From an uncultured Verrucomicrobiae bacterium (GTDB lineage Bacteria; Verrucomicrobiota; Verrucomicrobiia; Chthoniobacterales; UBA10450), in assembly GCA_963756875.1 (NCBI GenBank), contig CAVWPA010000003.1, positions 1,216,001-1,280,000 of the forward strand: a DNA stretch of 64,000 bases. The letters are read 5' to 3'. This document shows positions 10,500 through 20,100 of the stretch, one piece after another. A program made the translations under genes and the position numbers. Numbering within the stretch: the stretch's first letter is position 1; every line of letters starts with the position of its first letter. The notes under the pieces were generated by a model. That model had not been told where the DNA came from and did no database searches. It saw nothing but the letters and a program-made list of their open reading frames with translations.

Positions 10500-11092
10500 C
10501 AACGCTCGCCGCGTTGTCGGTTTTGTTGACCTGCGGCCTGTCTCAAGCGCAGCCGCCACGGTCGGGCGGGCACGGCGCGGGCGGGCGTGGCGCCGGCATG
10601 GGTGGACATGGTGGCCCAGCCGGGTATGGCGCGGGTATGGGCGGCCACGGTGCGAGCGGTCAGGGCGCGGCGCATATTCGGAGTACGCCCAGACTCCAAA
10701 GCATGCAGCAGCGCTGGCATTCGCTTTCTCCAGAAGAGCGACAGATATTCCGCCGCAACGCCGAGCGGTGGATGCAGATGACTCCGGCCGAACGAAAGGT
10801 GATGCGCGAGCGTGAGAAGGCGCACCGCGAAAAGCTTAAGAGCGAAGCCGACACAATCTTGCGCCAGGAAGGCCTGCACCTCGATCAGGAAAAGCAGCAA
10901 CGATTTGAGCAACGTTACATTCAGGAGCGTCGCAAAATCGAGCGGGCATTGCACCAGGAAGTCGAAGCGAAGCGGAAAGAGGAGTTGCCCGCGTTAAACG
11001 AGCGGCTGAAAAAGGAGTTTGAGAAGTCCTCGAGCGCGACGCGTAAATCAATCTCACCCACTCCGGCGGCCTCTGCGAAGCAGGGCCACTAG
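10475..11092 (+). CDS. Secreted helical protein, DUF3106-like
   Basis: Signal peptide, Gly/His-rich linker, WHSLSPEERQ / WMQMTPAERK repeats. Confidence 0.6.
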   Translation: MGRQSNIVTTLAALSVLLTCGLSQAQPPRSGGHGAGGRGAGMGGHGGPAGYGAGMGGHGASGQGAAHIRSTPRLQSMQQRWHSLSPEERQIFRRNAERWMQMTPAERKVMREREKAHREKLKSEADTILRQEGLHLDQEKQQRFEQRYIQERRKIERALHQEVEAKRKEELPALNERLKKEFEKSSSATRKSISPTPAASAKQGH

Positions 11093-11137
11093 GGGTTTCC
11101 TTCCGGAAAGCCGGTTAACCAGCGCCCGGGCGAGGAG

Positions 11138-11178
11138 AAAAAGAGTGAGCTGGCCCGCCGCTCGGCGAACCAGCTCAA
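11138..11178. terminator. Hairpin between convergent genes, probable terminator
   Basis: GAGCTGG...CCAGCTC stem with an A-run on the left (U-run on the minus strand). Confidence 0.5.
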
Positions 11179-11196
11179 GAGTTTGAGCGCTTTAGT

Positions 11197-11487
11197 TTAC
11201 CGCCGATGACGACCGTAGTGACGGTGCGAGTAATACGCCCGATGTCCGTAGTGCCGGTAATATACCGGGCGACCGACGCGGTACGACCCGTAGTAATGTG
11301 GCCGGTAGTATCCGTATCCGTAGTAAGGATAACCGTAAGGATATGCATAACCATAGTATGGATACGGATACGCGAGGGGAAATCCGATCCCGATACCTAC
11401 CGAAACCCCCGCATTGGAGCGAGGGGCCGAAGCGAATGCAAAACCGCCGGCTACGAGCGCGATCAATAAAAACTTTTTCCAATTCAT
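11197..11487 (-). CDS. Secreted Tyr/Pro/Gly/Arg-rich small protein
   Basis: Signal peptide, then GVSVGIGIG and YPYPYYGY low-complexity repeats. Confidence 0.7.
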   Translation of the reverse strand: MNWKKFLLIALVAGGFAFASAPRSNAGVSVGIGIGFPLAYPYPYYGYAYPYGYPYYGYGYYRPHYYGSYRVGRPVYYRHYGHRAYYSHRHYGRHRR

Positions 11488-11550
11488 GGCTTCAACCTCC
11501 GAAAGACTTCCTAACATTTAACTCTAGATGAGACGCAAAGTTTCTCAAAA

Positions 11551-12594
11551 TTATTCGACGACACTGGCCGGCGCGTATCTCGGATAGCCGATAACGCAGA
11601 GATCCCGGCCAAGGCGTTGATACTGCACTCTTTCCAAAAGCGCTCCATTGCCGGGAGAATTCGCTCCACGGCCCGCGAAGGCGACGACGGGGCCCCCCGA
11701 GAAGATCGGGCCGAGATAGATTTGCACCTTGTCGATGATTTTTTCATCCAGTGCCCGCCCCAAAACATCACCACCCCCCTCGATCAACAAGCTGGTCACT
11801 TCTTTTTTGCCTAGATCGCGCAACACGGAGCTCATCGATTTACGCCGGTAAATCACCGTCCGTTCGGCAAAGCGATCGCTAAAGAGCCGGGCGCGACGCG
11901 GTAAATTTCCGGAGCGGGTGATTACGACTCGCAGGGGAGGCCTTGTCCGCCCCTGGCCGCGCACGGTCAGTCGCGGGTCGTCTTTACGCACAGTTTCTGC
12001 ACCGATAAGAATCGCATCTACACTGGCTCGCAGGGCGTGTGCGTGGTGTCTGGCTGCGGCGCTCGTGATCCATCGCGATTCTTTTGGCGGCCTTGTCAGT
12101 CGTCCGTCCAGGCTCATGCCGCACTTGGCGGTCACAAACGGCCTGCCGGTTACGATCCATTTGTTGAAGGCTTCGTTTAACAACGCACACTGGCCGGCCA
12201 GGATGCCGGTGCGCACCTCGATCCCCGCTTGTCGCAGAAGATCAATCCCGTGCCCGGCATGGCGCGGATTCACATCGATGGCGCCGATCACAACCTTTTT
12301 CACTCCGGATTTGATGATTGCATCCGTGCACGCCGGTGTCCGACCGACAGTCGAGCAGGGTTCCAGTGTCACGTATAAAGTCGCTTCCGAATGGACGGCG
12401 CGTCCGAAGGCGCCGAGACATTCCACTTCCGCATGCGGCCGGCCGGCTTGCCGATGCCGACCACGGGCGACGATGCGGCCGCGGATTACAAGAAGTGCGC
12501 CGACGGCTGGGTTTGGGCTGGTTTGGCCCAATGACTCGCGCGCTTCCTGCAGCGCGGCGCGCATAAAGAGTTCGTCATTCTGCGCTGGCAACAT
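11551..12594 (-). CDS. ribD: Riboflavin biosynthesis deaminase/reductase
   Basis: TSPNPAVGA, HAEV, TLEPC..C, SLDG, DAILIGAETVRKDDPRLTVR, LLIEGGG. Confidence 0.97.
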   Translation of the reverse strand: MLPAQNDELFMRAALQEARESLGQTSPNPAVGALLVIRGRIVARGRHRQAGRPHAEVECLGAFGRAVHSEATLYVTLEPCSTVGRTPACTDAIIKSGVKKVVIGAIDVNPRHAGHGIDLLRQAGIEVRTGILAGQCALLNEAFNKWIVTGRPFVTAKCGMSLDGRLTRPPKESRWITSAAARHHAHALRASVDAILIGAETVRKDDPRLTVRGQGRTRPPLRVVITRSGNLPRRARLFSDRFAERTVIYRRKSMSSVLRDLGKKEVTSLLIEGGGDVLGRALDEKIIDKVQIYLGPIFSGGPVVAFAGRGANSPGNGALLERVQYQRLGRDLCVIGYPRYAPASVVE

Positions 12595-12700
12595 TCAGGC
12601 ACGAATATTAGTCGGCAGGCAATTTCAGCAAATGATTTTGCCTGAGCGGAAATGCCGACTGATGTTGTTACCCTGTTGGTAGCTGGGGCCGTGGTCCCTC

Positions 12701-12779
12701 TGGAGGGGCGATCTCTGTGTCATCCCATTCATTGATTTGTGGATCGCAATTGAGGGACGGGACAGAGCCCGTCCCTCCA
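12701..12779. repeat. REP-like palindrome family B, intergenic
   Basis: TGGAGGGGCG...GTCATCCC...GGGACGGGACAGAGCCCGTCCCTCCA. Confidence 0.8.
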
Positions 12780-12888
12780 AGGGACGCGCGTGCCTTTGCT
12801 TTTGCAACGCGTGGCGCGACTTCAAGCGTCGTCGTTTTGCTTTTCTGCTTGGCGAACGGCATCCGTGGCTTTACCTAGGGGATTCATC

Positions 12889-13926
12889 ATGGCGACTAAA
12901 ACCGAAGAAAAAACAGCCGAGAGCAAAGTAACGGCGGCGCGGAACAAGAATCTCGACCTCGCGATTCAACAAATTGCAAAAGACTACGGCGAGGGCGCAA
13001 TCATGCGGCTGGGGGACGAAAAGGTCGTCGACATCGACGTGATCCCGACGGGAAATATTTTGATCGATCGCGCATTGGGGGTGGGGGGATTTCCCCGAGG
13101 GCGGGTAGTCGAAGTCTATGGACCGGAATCGTCGGGCAAAACAACGCTAACGTTGACTGTCATTGCCCAGGCACAAAAGCGCGGAGGATTGGCCGCATTT
13201 ATCGACGTCGAACATGCGCTTGATCCGCAATACGCCAGAAAACTCGGGGTGAATCTGGACGACTTGCTCGTTTCTCAACCAAGTTCGGGCGAGGAAGCGC
13301 TGCGCATTTGTGAAACTCTCGTTCGCTCGAACGCTCTGGATGTGATCGTGCTGGATTCAGTCGCCGCGCTGGTGACCAGAGCCGAGTTAGAAGGCGAAAT
13401 TGGCGATGTCACGGTGGGCGCGCAAGCGCGACTGATGAGTGCAGCTTTGCGCAAACTGACTTCGCTCATCTCGAAGGCGCGCACCTGCTGTATCTTTACA
13501 AACCAAATCCGCGAGAAGATCGGCGTCATGTTCGGTAACCCGGAAACCACGCCGGGTGGCAAAGCCCTGAAATTTTACGCGAGCATGCGCGTGGACATTC
13601 GCCGCATCGGCGCCATTAAACAGACGGATGGCGTCGTTACCGGCAATCGCACCCGGATCAAAATCGTAAAGAACAAGGTGGCGCCGCCGTTCACAGAAGC
13701 GGAGTTCGACATCATGTATAACGAAGGGATTTCCTCGGTGGGCGCGCTGCTGGATGTGGCGCTGGAAAAACAGATCATCGAAAAACGTGGATCGTGGATG
13801 AACTACAAAGGGACGCAGCTTGCGCAAGGCCGCGACGCTGCCAAGGAGGTGCTGAGAAACGATTCGGCTCTTTACCAGGAAATCGAGACGGCGGTAAAGG
13901 CCAAGCTGGACGAGGAGAAAGAATAG
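12889..13926 (+). CDS. recA: Recombinase A
   Basis: GPESSGKTT Walker [38 protein letters not shown]. Confidence 0.99.
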   Translation: MATKTEEKTAESKVTAARNKNLDLAIQQIAKDYGEGAIMRLGDEKVVDIDVIPTGNILIDRALGVGGFPRGRVVEVYGPESSGKTTLTLTVIAQAQKRGGLAAFIDVEHALDPQYARKLGVNLDDLLVSQPSSGEEALRICETLVRSNALDVIVLDSVAALVTRAELEGEIGDVTVGAQARLMSAALRKLTSLISKARTCCIFTNQIREKIGVMFGNPETTPGGKALKFYASMRVDIRRIGAIKQTDGVVTGNRTRIKIVKNKVAPPFTEAEFDIMYNEGISSVGALLDVALEKQIIEKRGSWMNYKGTQLAQGRDAAKEVLRNDSALYQEIETAVKAKLDEEKE

Positions 13927-14073
13927 ACCCGGAATCGAGGTGCGCGGCGAGGTTTGGCGCATCCCTACCTGTTCCAGATTCGGGAATCGCGACGATTGCT
14001 GACCGGCAGGAATCAACGCTCCAAAAATTGGATCGTGTAAAATACGACGCGGCCCTGTCGATCTGAGTACGGT

Positions 14074-14200
14074 TTAAAAGAAAAGCAGAGTTAGTAACCC
14101 GCAGAACAAAGTCGTCAGGCGCAAAACCGCGACGCTCGATCCGAAAAGGGCGAAGGCTGGTATGAGCATCCAGCTTTTCAACGCTCCAAGATAAAACTGA
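14074..14200 (-). pseudogene. Possible remnant of a membrane glycosyltransferase (ArnT/GT39-like)
   Basis: Isolated segment YLGALKSWMLIPAFALFGSSVAVLRLTTLFCGLLTLLFF resembles the ArnT-type FG-x-S-x-x-x-LRL motif; no full ORF. Confidence 0.3.
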
Positions 14201-14321
14201 ACAAGTTCCGCTCGGCATTTTGGACCTGCCGCAGCATGACCGGGACAGAGCGACATTTCTAGTTGGAAATCTGCGCACGCACCGTCAATTTTCCGCTATC
14301 GTAATGCCGAGGAGAGGTGAC

Positions 14322-14432
14322 ATGACGAAGCACGAATGCCGAATGACGAAGGAAGCTGAAAGCCCGAATGACCACGCGTTCCCGCACGGGGCCTGTTTCT
14401 TCGCCTTGGGCTTCGTCATTCATTCGTCATTT
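14322..14432. repeat. Heptamer-like tandem repeats in inverted arrangement (GAATGAC / GTCATTC)
   Basis: ATGACGAAGCACGAATGCCGAATGACGAA ... TTCGTCATTCATTCGTCAT. Confidence 0.7.
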
Positions 14433-14437
14433 GCCCC

Positions 14438-17368
14438 GTGATGACATCCGCGCAGATCAGACAATCGTTCCTCGATTTCTTTCGCGGGAAGGGGCACACG
14501 ATCGTGCCTTCGTCCCCGCTGATGCCCGATTCGCCGAATCTGCTTTTCACCAACGCCGGCATGAACCAGTTCGTTCCGATTTTTCTCGGACAACAAAAGC
14601 CGCCCTGGACTCCACCGCGCGTGGTCGACACCCAAAAGTGTATCCGCGCGGGCGGCAAACATAACGATCTCGAAGACGTCGGGCTCGACACGTATCACCA
14701 CACGTTCTTCGAGATGCTCGGCAACTGGAGCTTCGGCGATTATTTCAAGAAGGAAGCGATTGAATGGGCGTGGGAACTGGTGGTCGATCGCTGGGAATTT
14801 CCGGCGCAACGTCTTTACGCCACCGTTTACAAACCCGGCGCCGGTGAACCAAGCGAATTCGATCAGGAAGCGCACGATTGTTGGGCCCGATTGTTTCGCG
14901 ACGCCGATCTCGATCCGGCCGTTCACATCGTAAACGGCGGCAAAGCCGACAATTTCTGGATGATGGGCGATACCGGACCGTGTGGTCCATGCTCAGAGGT
15001 ACACGTCGATCTTACGCCGGAGGGCGACACGCGCGGCGCGCTGGTGAACAAGAACGATCCGCGCTGCATTGAGATTTGGAACCTGGTTTTCATCCAGTTC
15101 AACGCTCAACCTGTAGCCGGGGTTGGTGACCCCGGCCGGGTCGAGTATGTCCCGCTGGGGGCGCGGCACGTCGATACCGGGATGGGTTTCGAGCGGGTCA
15201 CCGCGATCGTTCAAGGCACAAAAAACCTCAGCGATTTTTCCGGCACAATTTCCAATTACGAAACGGACATCTTCCGTCCGATTTTCGACGAGTTGGAAAA
15301 ACTCAGTGGGAAGAAATATGCAAGCACGCTGCCTGATTCTCCGGATCGGGGAGCGCACGCGCCCTCGCGTGCAGCGGTTGGCGCCTCGCCAAGCGCATCC
15401 GGCGAGGCGCCGGATGCAACACCCGAGGCGGGTGTGCTCCCCAGAAACGAGCAGGAAAAGATCGACGTGGCGTTTCGCGTGATCGCCGATCACATCCGCG
15501 CGCTCAGTTTCGCGATTGCCGATGGAATTATTCCTTCGAACGAAGGGCGCGGCTATGTTTTGCGCCGGATCCTGCGCCGCGCGGTCCGCTATGGCCGCAC
15601 CCTCGGGTTTCACGAGCCGTTCTTTTTCAAACTGGTCGACACTGTGGCAAAAACAATGGGCGACGTTTTTCCGGAGGTCCGCGCCAAACGAAACACGATT
15701 AAGGAGGCAATTCACCGTGAGGAAGAAGCGTTTAACAGAACGCTGGATGAGGGGATTCACATGTTCGATGCGGCGATGGTGTTCGATGCGGAGAAGGCAA
15801 AGACGGGGCTTTCAGTTGAGAAAGCCGTTTCTGGCGAGTTCGCTTTCAAACTCTACGATACCTACGGATTTCCTCTGGATTTGACGGAACTGATGGCGCG
15901 GGAGCGCGGGCTTACTGTCGACGTGGTCGGCTTTGAGAGACTGATGGAAGAACAGCGCGAACGCGCGCGCAAAGCCCAGAAGAAGGAGGCGATCAGCGTT
16001 GAGCAGGGGAAGTTGACGGCGGCTCCGACGAAATTCCTTGGCTACGATTTTCTCGAGACTGAGGCTGTCGTGGAGACAGTTTTGTCCGGGAAAAAGCCCG
16101 ACGAGGTGAACGTTGTTCTCGATCAAACGCCGCTCTATGCGGAGATGGGCGGACAGGTCGGCGACCGCGGTTTGCTTCATGTCCCAGGACACGATCGCAC
16201 CGAAGTCGGTCAACTTCGCGTCATCGATACGCAAAAACGAGGCGACGTTTTTGTTCATCGAGCGACGCTGACCAAGGGGCGCGCGCCGGAGCCGGGTGAA
16301 GCGGTGCGGGTCTCGGTCGATGCCGAACGACGCCGCGTGATTCAAGGACATCATACGGTCACGCATCTGTTGCATTGGGCGCTGCACGAAGTCGTCTCGC
16401 GCGACGCCGTGCAAAAGGGGAGTTACGTCGGTCCTGACAAGTTGACGTTCGATTTCAGCAGTGCGCCCCTCACGCCGCAACAGAAGCGTGACGTGGAAAG
16501 ATTGGTGAACGAGAGAATCCGCGACGGTGCGCCGGTTTCATGGACCGAGATCCCGTACAAGGAAGCGAAACAGCGCAAGGACATCATCCAATTTTTCGGC
16601 GAAAAATACGGAGATACGGTCCGCGTATTGCAAATCGGCGGGACACCTCGCGAACTGGACGGTTATTCGATGGAGTTATGTGGTGGAACGCATGTGAGAT
16701 CGACAAACGAAATTGGGCCGTTCCGGATCGTGAAGGAAGAAGCGATCGCCGCGGGAATTCGCCGGATCGAAGCGGTCGCGGGCGAGGCGACGCGTGCGTG
16801 GGCCAGACAGGAAGCGGCTCGGCAAGAGGAGAGGTTCGAAACGCTAAGGCGCAAAAAGACCGATTTGCCGCCGATGCCCGGTTTTATGGATGAAGCGGAA
16901 ACATCTGTGATGCTGGAACAGATTGATGCGCGAGCGGCACATTTGGGAAAAGCAGATCTCGATGTCCGCGAGTGGGAAAAGAAGACTGCCAAAGCGAGCG
17001 AGGCAGACCTGAGAAGCCGCGCCGCTGAGATCGCAAGCGAACTGGCGTCGTCGCATGCTGGAAAACATTCATTAGTGGCAGAAGTGCCGGACGGAAACGG
17101 CAAGTTGCTTCAGGCGATTGCCGACGTGCTGAAGTCGCAATTCAAGGGACCGATTTTTCTTGCCGGCGCGGCGGAAGGTCGGGCGGCGTTAGTCGTCGTG
17201 GTTCCAAAAGAGCTCACGTCGAAGTTTCAAGCGAACAAGATTATTCAGGCGGTTGCGCCAATTGTTGGCGGCAAAGGCGGTGGCCGGCCGGAAAACGCTC
17301 AAGGCGGCGGCACCGACACGAGCAAGATCGCGGAAGCATTGGCGAAAGTGCGGGAGCTGTTGCGCTGA
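14438..17368 (+). CDS. alaS: Alanine--tRNA ligase
   Basis: LLFTNAGMNQF, HHTFFEMLGNWSFGDYFK, VDTGMGFER, HTVTHLLHWAL, ELCGGTHV, GGKGGGRP; carries two in-frame palindromic inserts. Confidence 0.99.
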   Translation: MMTSAQIRQSFLDFFRGKGHTIVPSSPLMPDSPNLLFTNAGMNQFVPIFLGQQKPPWTPPRVVDTQKCIRAGGKHNDLEDVGLDTYHHTFFEMLGNWSFGDYFKKEAIEWAWELVVDRWEFPAQRLYATVYKPGAGEPSEFDQEAHDCWARLFRDADLDPAVHIVNGGKADNFWMMGDTGPCGPCSEVHVDLTPEGDTRGALVNKNDPRCIEIWNLVFIQFNAQPVAGVGDPGRVEYVPLGARHVDTGMGFERVTAIVQGTKNLSDFSGTISNYETDIFRPIFDELEKLSGKKYASTLPDSPDRGAHAPSRAAVGASPSASGEAPDATPEAGVLPRNEQEKIDVAFRVIADHIRALSFAIADGIIPSNEGRGYVLRRILRRAVRYGRTLGFHEPFFFKLVDTVAKTMGDVFPEVRAKRNTIKEAIHREEEAFNRTLDEGIHMFDAAMVFDAEKAKTGLSVEKAVSGEFAFKLYDTYGFPLDLTELMARERGLTVDVVGFERLMEEQRERARKAQKKEAISVEQGKLTAAPTKFLGYDFLETEAVVETVLSGKKPDEVNVVLDQTPLYAEMGGQVGDRGLLHVPGHDRTEVGQLRVIDTQKRGDVFVHRATLTKGRAPEPGEAVRVSVDAERRRVIQGHHTVTHLLHWALHEVVSRDAVQKGSYVGPDKLTFDFSSAPLTPQQKRDVERLVNERIRDGAPVSWTEIPYKEAKQRKDIIQFFGEKYGDTVRVLQIGGTPRELDGYSMELCGGTHVRSTNEIGPFRIVKEEAIAAGIRRIEAVAGEATRAWARQEAARQEERFETLRRKKTDLPPMPGFMDEAETSVMLEQIDARAAHLGKADLDVREWEKKTAKASEADLRSRAAEIASELASSHAGKHSLVAEVPDGNGKLLQAIADVLKSQFKGPIFLAGAAEGRAALVVVVPKELTSKFQANKIIQAVAPIVGGKGGGRPENAQGGGTDTSKIAEALAKVRELLR
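15348..15442. repeat. REP-like palindrome family A, in-frame in alaS
   Basis: GGGGAGCGCACGCG...GGCGCCTCGCC...GGCGAGGCGCC...GTGCTCCCC; same termini as the intergenic copy 52335-52497. Confidence 0.85.
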
Positions 17369-17381
17369 ATCGCGCTCGAAA

Positions 17382-17585
17382 TTACGGAGCGCTTACGCTT
17401 GGAGTGCGAGCGTGTTTGGCAATGAGTTTCGGATGCCAGCTTAAAGGCGTGTGGTAAAGCGACGGCTCATTTTCGTGCTCGCCCTGAATGACGCAAAGGA
17501 ATTCGTCATTCGTAAGCCAGCAAGGGTCCCGGGCGAAATCGTTCTTCCCGGTTATGCGCACCGCCTTTTCCGTTGCCTTTTTCAT
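17382..17585 (-). pseudogene. Orphan C-terminal fragment paralogous to the adjacent TolB-like protein
   Basis: AVRITGKNDFARDPCWLTNDEFL..SLY..KLIAKHARTPSV aligns by eye with GVRITRPTIFGWSGCWIDNDNVL..SIY..KRLIKNALFPTV. Confidence 0.6.
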
Positions 17586-17636
17586 GACAGGAGAATTTCA
17601 GTTCGATTCGAGGTTAACAGATTTTGCGATGACGCG

Positions 17637-18521
17637 TCAGTTCACTGTCGGAAAGAGCGCGTTTTTGATCAGTCGCTTCAGGTTCTTGCCGTCGATGGAT
17701 ATTCGATAAATGGACGCGGATTTTTCTCCGGAGGGTTGAGATAGGAAAAGGACGTTGTCATTATCGATCCAACAGCCGCTCCAGCCGAAAATCGTCGGAC
17801 GTGTGATGCGCACGCCTCTACCCGTCGCGATGTCGAGTGTCCAAAGCGCGGGCGGCGGGCCATCCCAATCAGTGCGAGTCGCTTTCTCGGCCATATCCAC
17901 CGAAAGAAGCAGGCGCTTCCCATCGGGCGAAGCAGCGATGCGCCCATCCGCGTTCATTCCGCCGCCCGGTATGATCTTCTCGATTTTCCATTGCGCGACC
18001 ACAGTTCCGTCGAGGCCGATTTGATAGATATTGGTCGTATCCTGGCAAAAAATCGATTGCCCATTACGGGCCCAACAAGGCGAGTAAAGAGTTGCCTGGT
18101 GTTGTGCGCCTCTTTTCAGGATTTGGAAATCGGTCCCGTTCGCAGCGATTGTAGCAAGGTTCCAAACATCATTTTGCCGCAGCATAAAGAGAATGCGTTT
18201 TCCGTCGGGCGCCCAGGCTGGATAATAAGAGTTATCGCCCGGTATTGTTGTAACGATTGCCGTTTCGCCAGTTGCCACATCTGCGACAGCGATGTGTTGT
18301 TCATAAGTAGTCGGCGATTTCTCCACGGTGGTGAACGCTACCTGCGTTCCATCCGGTGAAATCGCCGGGAAAATTCCATCGGCAATTTTTTTCTCGCCGG
18401 TTCCATCGAGATTTGCCACCCAGACGGCATCATTGCGCTGGAACGCGACGAGAGATGCAGCGCCCGATGCGTCAACCAGGGAAGCGACCAGGATCGAAAT
18501 CCAGAATGCTCTTTTGTTCAT
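17637..18521 (-). CDS. Secreted TolB-like (PD40) beta-propeller protein
   Basis: Signal peptide; PAISPDGTQVAF, PAWAPDGKRILF, SPDGKRLL repeats. Confidence 0.85.
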   Translation of the reverse strand: MNKRAFWISILVASLVDASGAASLVAFQRNDAVWVANLDGTGEKKIADGIFPAISPDGTQVAFTTVEKSPTTYEQHIAVADVATGETAIVTTIPGDNSYYPAWAPDGKRILFMLRQNDVWNLATIAANGTDFQILKRGAQHQATLYSPCWARNGQSIFCQDTTNIYQIGLDGTVVAQWKIEKIIPGGGMNADGRIAASPDGKRLLLSVDMAEKATRTDWDGPPPALWTLDIATGRGVRITRPTIFGWSGCWIDNDNVLFLSQPSGEKSASIYRISIDGKNLKRLIKNALFPTVN

Positions 18522-19627
18522 GGCAGGGCCAGCGTGACAAAGAGAGTGGTGACTACCGCCATCGTCAGGACGATCACGTAAACAAACCCGCCGAACAGGA
18601 ACTTGGCAACGCTGATAAACCAGCCCTGTCGATAAACACGGCGGATTGAAATAAAAATTTCAATCAAGGCTGCCAGGCTAAGGATATTGCAGACGGGCGC
18701 TGTAAGATTCGGCGCGCTCTGGTTAAGCCCCATTCCGATCAGGGTGATCAGGATGACGTAGAGATAAGCGAAGCTGTGAATATGCAGCGCGTAGATCAGG
18801 TGATCGATGTAGAAAATGCGTCGCCGGATATAGAGAATCTTAAGCACGAAAGCGAAGAGCGGGATGCAGCACAGCATCATGTAAGGCAGATTGCTGATCA
18901 CCGTAATAAGGAACAACTGCGCGTTGCTCCCATGCTCGCCGATCTTCTCCTTGGCACGGGCCTCGATCCACTTCTCAAAAGGAGTTGAAGAAGTTTCACG
19001 GCCAAATTGCACGATTGGTTCCCCGGCTTGAGCTGATTTCTCGTTCGGGGTTGGTGAAGCTTTTCCGACGGGTTGACCTGTTGGCACAGGCGCGGGGCTG
19101 TTCAGGTCCAGTGCTCGTTTAATCTTGGCGCGCGCCTCCGGAGGCAGATTCTCGTTTTTAAGTTCTGCCTGGAGCTCGGCGCGGTCCTTCTTCGACATCT
19201 TACCCGGTTCAAGGTGAATTGATTTCGCCCAAAAATTTACGGCAAAGAAAAAGAGAACGCTCGCGAGCAAATAAACCCGCAGCGGATGCACGTAACGCAC
19301 GCGCCGGCCCGCAACGAATTCATTCGTAAGTTTCCAGGGCCTCGTTAGAAGCAGCCCGATCGTCGCGAAAAATTTTGAGTCCCAGTTCAGGAACTCATCG
19401 AGTAGATCGACAAGTACATGACGAATCGACCGGCGGTAATCGATTGCGGGCTGCCCGCACTTTGCGCAGTAGTGGCCGTGTAGCAGGGCGCCGCAATTCT
19501 CGCAGTGCGTCGGCGGCGGTGATTGGCGATTCTTCCGGCGGCGGAACAAGCCTTTCCGGCCTTCCGACTGTTCAATCAGAGAGATCGCCGTGTCACCGAG
19601 AATGATTTTCGCAGGGTCGTCGGCCAT
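18518..19627 (-). CDS. DUF3667-like membrane protein with N-terminal Zn ribbon
   Basis: CENCGA..GHYCAKCGQ, L.EF..GRRVRYVHPLRVYL, C-terminal TM helices with HLIYALH. Confidence 0.8.
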   Translation of the reverse strand: MADDPAKIILGDTAISLIEQSEGRKGLFRRRKNRQSPPPTHCENCGALLHGHYCAKCGQPAIDYRRSIRHVLVDLLDEFLNWDSKFFATIGLLLTRPWKLTNEFVAGRRVRYVHPLRVYLLASVLFFFAVNFWAKSIHLEPGKMSKKDRAELQAELKNENLPPEARAKIKRALDLNSPAPVPTGQPVGKASPTPNEKSAQAGEPIVQFGRETSSTPFEKWIEARAKEKIGEHGSNAQLFLITVISNLPYMMLCCIPLFAFVLKILYIRRRIFYIDHLIYALHIHSFAYLYVILITLIGMGLNQSAPNLTAPVCNILSLAALIEIFISIRRVYRQGWFISVAKFLFGGFVYVIVLTMAVVTTLFVTLALP

Positions 19628-19730
19628 GCCGCCGCGAGATTACGAAAATGCAAATGGGACGTCCACTTGGAAGAAGACCGCTTCTCTTGAGGCCGCTTGC
19701 CGCAGTGAAGTTTCCACCCCCGTCGTTATT

Positions 19731-19961
19731 TCACTCGCGCACAAGGAAGAGAATACCCGTGCCCACGACGCCGGCGGCGTACATGGCTGTGGTGTTCGCG
19801 ATGAAATAGGGGACAATCATGAGCGCCAATCCGCAGAATATCGGTTTCCACAGATGCATCCGCTTGCCGTATACGAAAGCGACGAGACCGATGGAGCTGA
19901 AGACGAACCCGCCGATCAAATTCGCAGCGCCGAAATTGAAAATGCTGGACATGCCGGGCAT
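19731..19961 (-). CDS. Small membrane protein
   Basis: Three hydrophobic segments, FSSIG..AFVYGKR...LMIVPYF pattern. Confidence 0.65.
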   Translation of the reverse strand: MPGMSSIFNFGAANLIGGFVFSSIGLVAFVYGKRMHLWKPIFCGLALMIVPYFIANTTAMYAAGVVGTGILFLVRE

Positions 19962-20100
19962 GTCGATCTTTGCAGCTAAATGCGCGCCACGTCCGCAACC
20001 TTCCGCCAAGGATGGGGCGCACCAGAAGATCGCCTAGAAACTTAAGGTTGACCGCCAAGATCGGACAATGCCACGATTCGCGACGGCAAAAGCCATCCGG

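Noticed and set aside
13927..14320. tmRNA or RNase P RNA in the recA-alaS gap
   Set aside because: No GGGG../TCCACCA tRNA-like ends and no RNase P conserved motifs.
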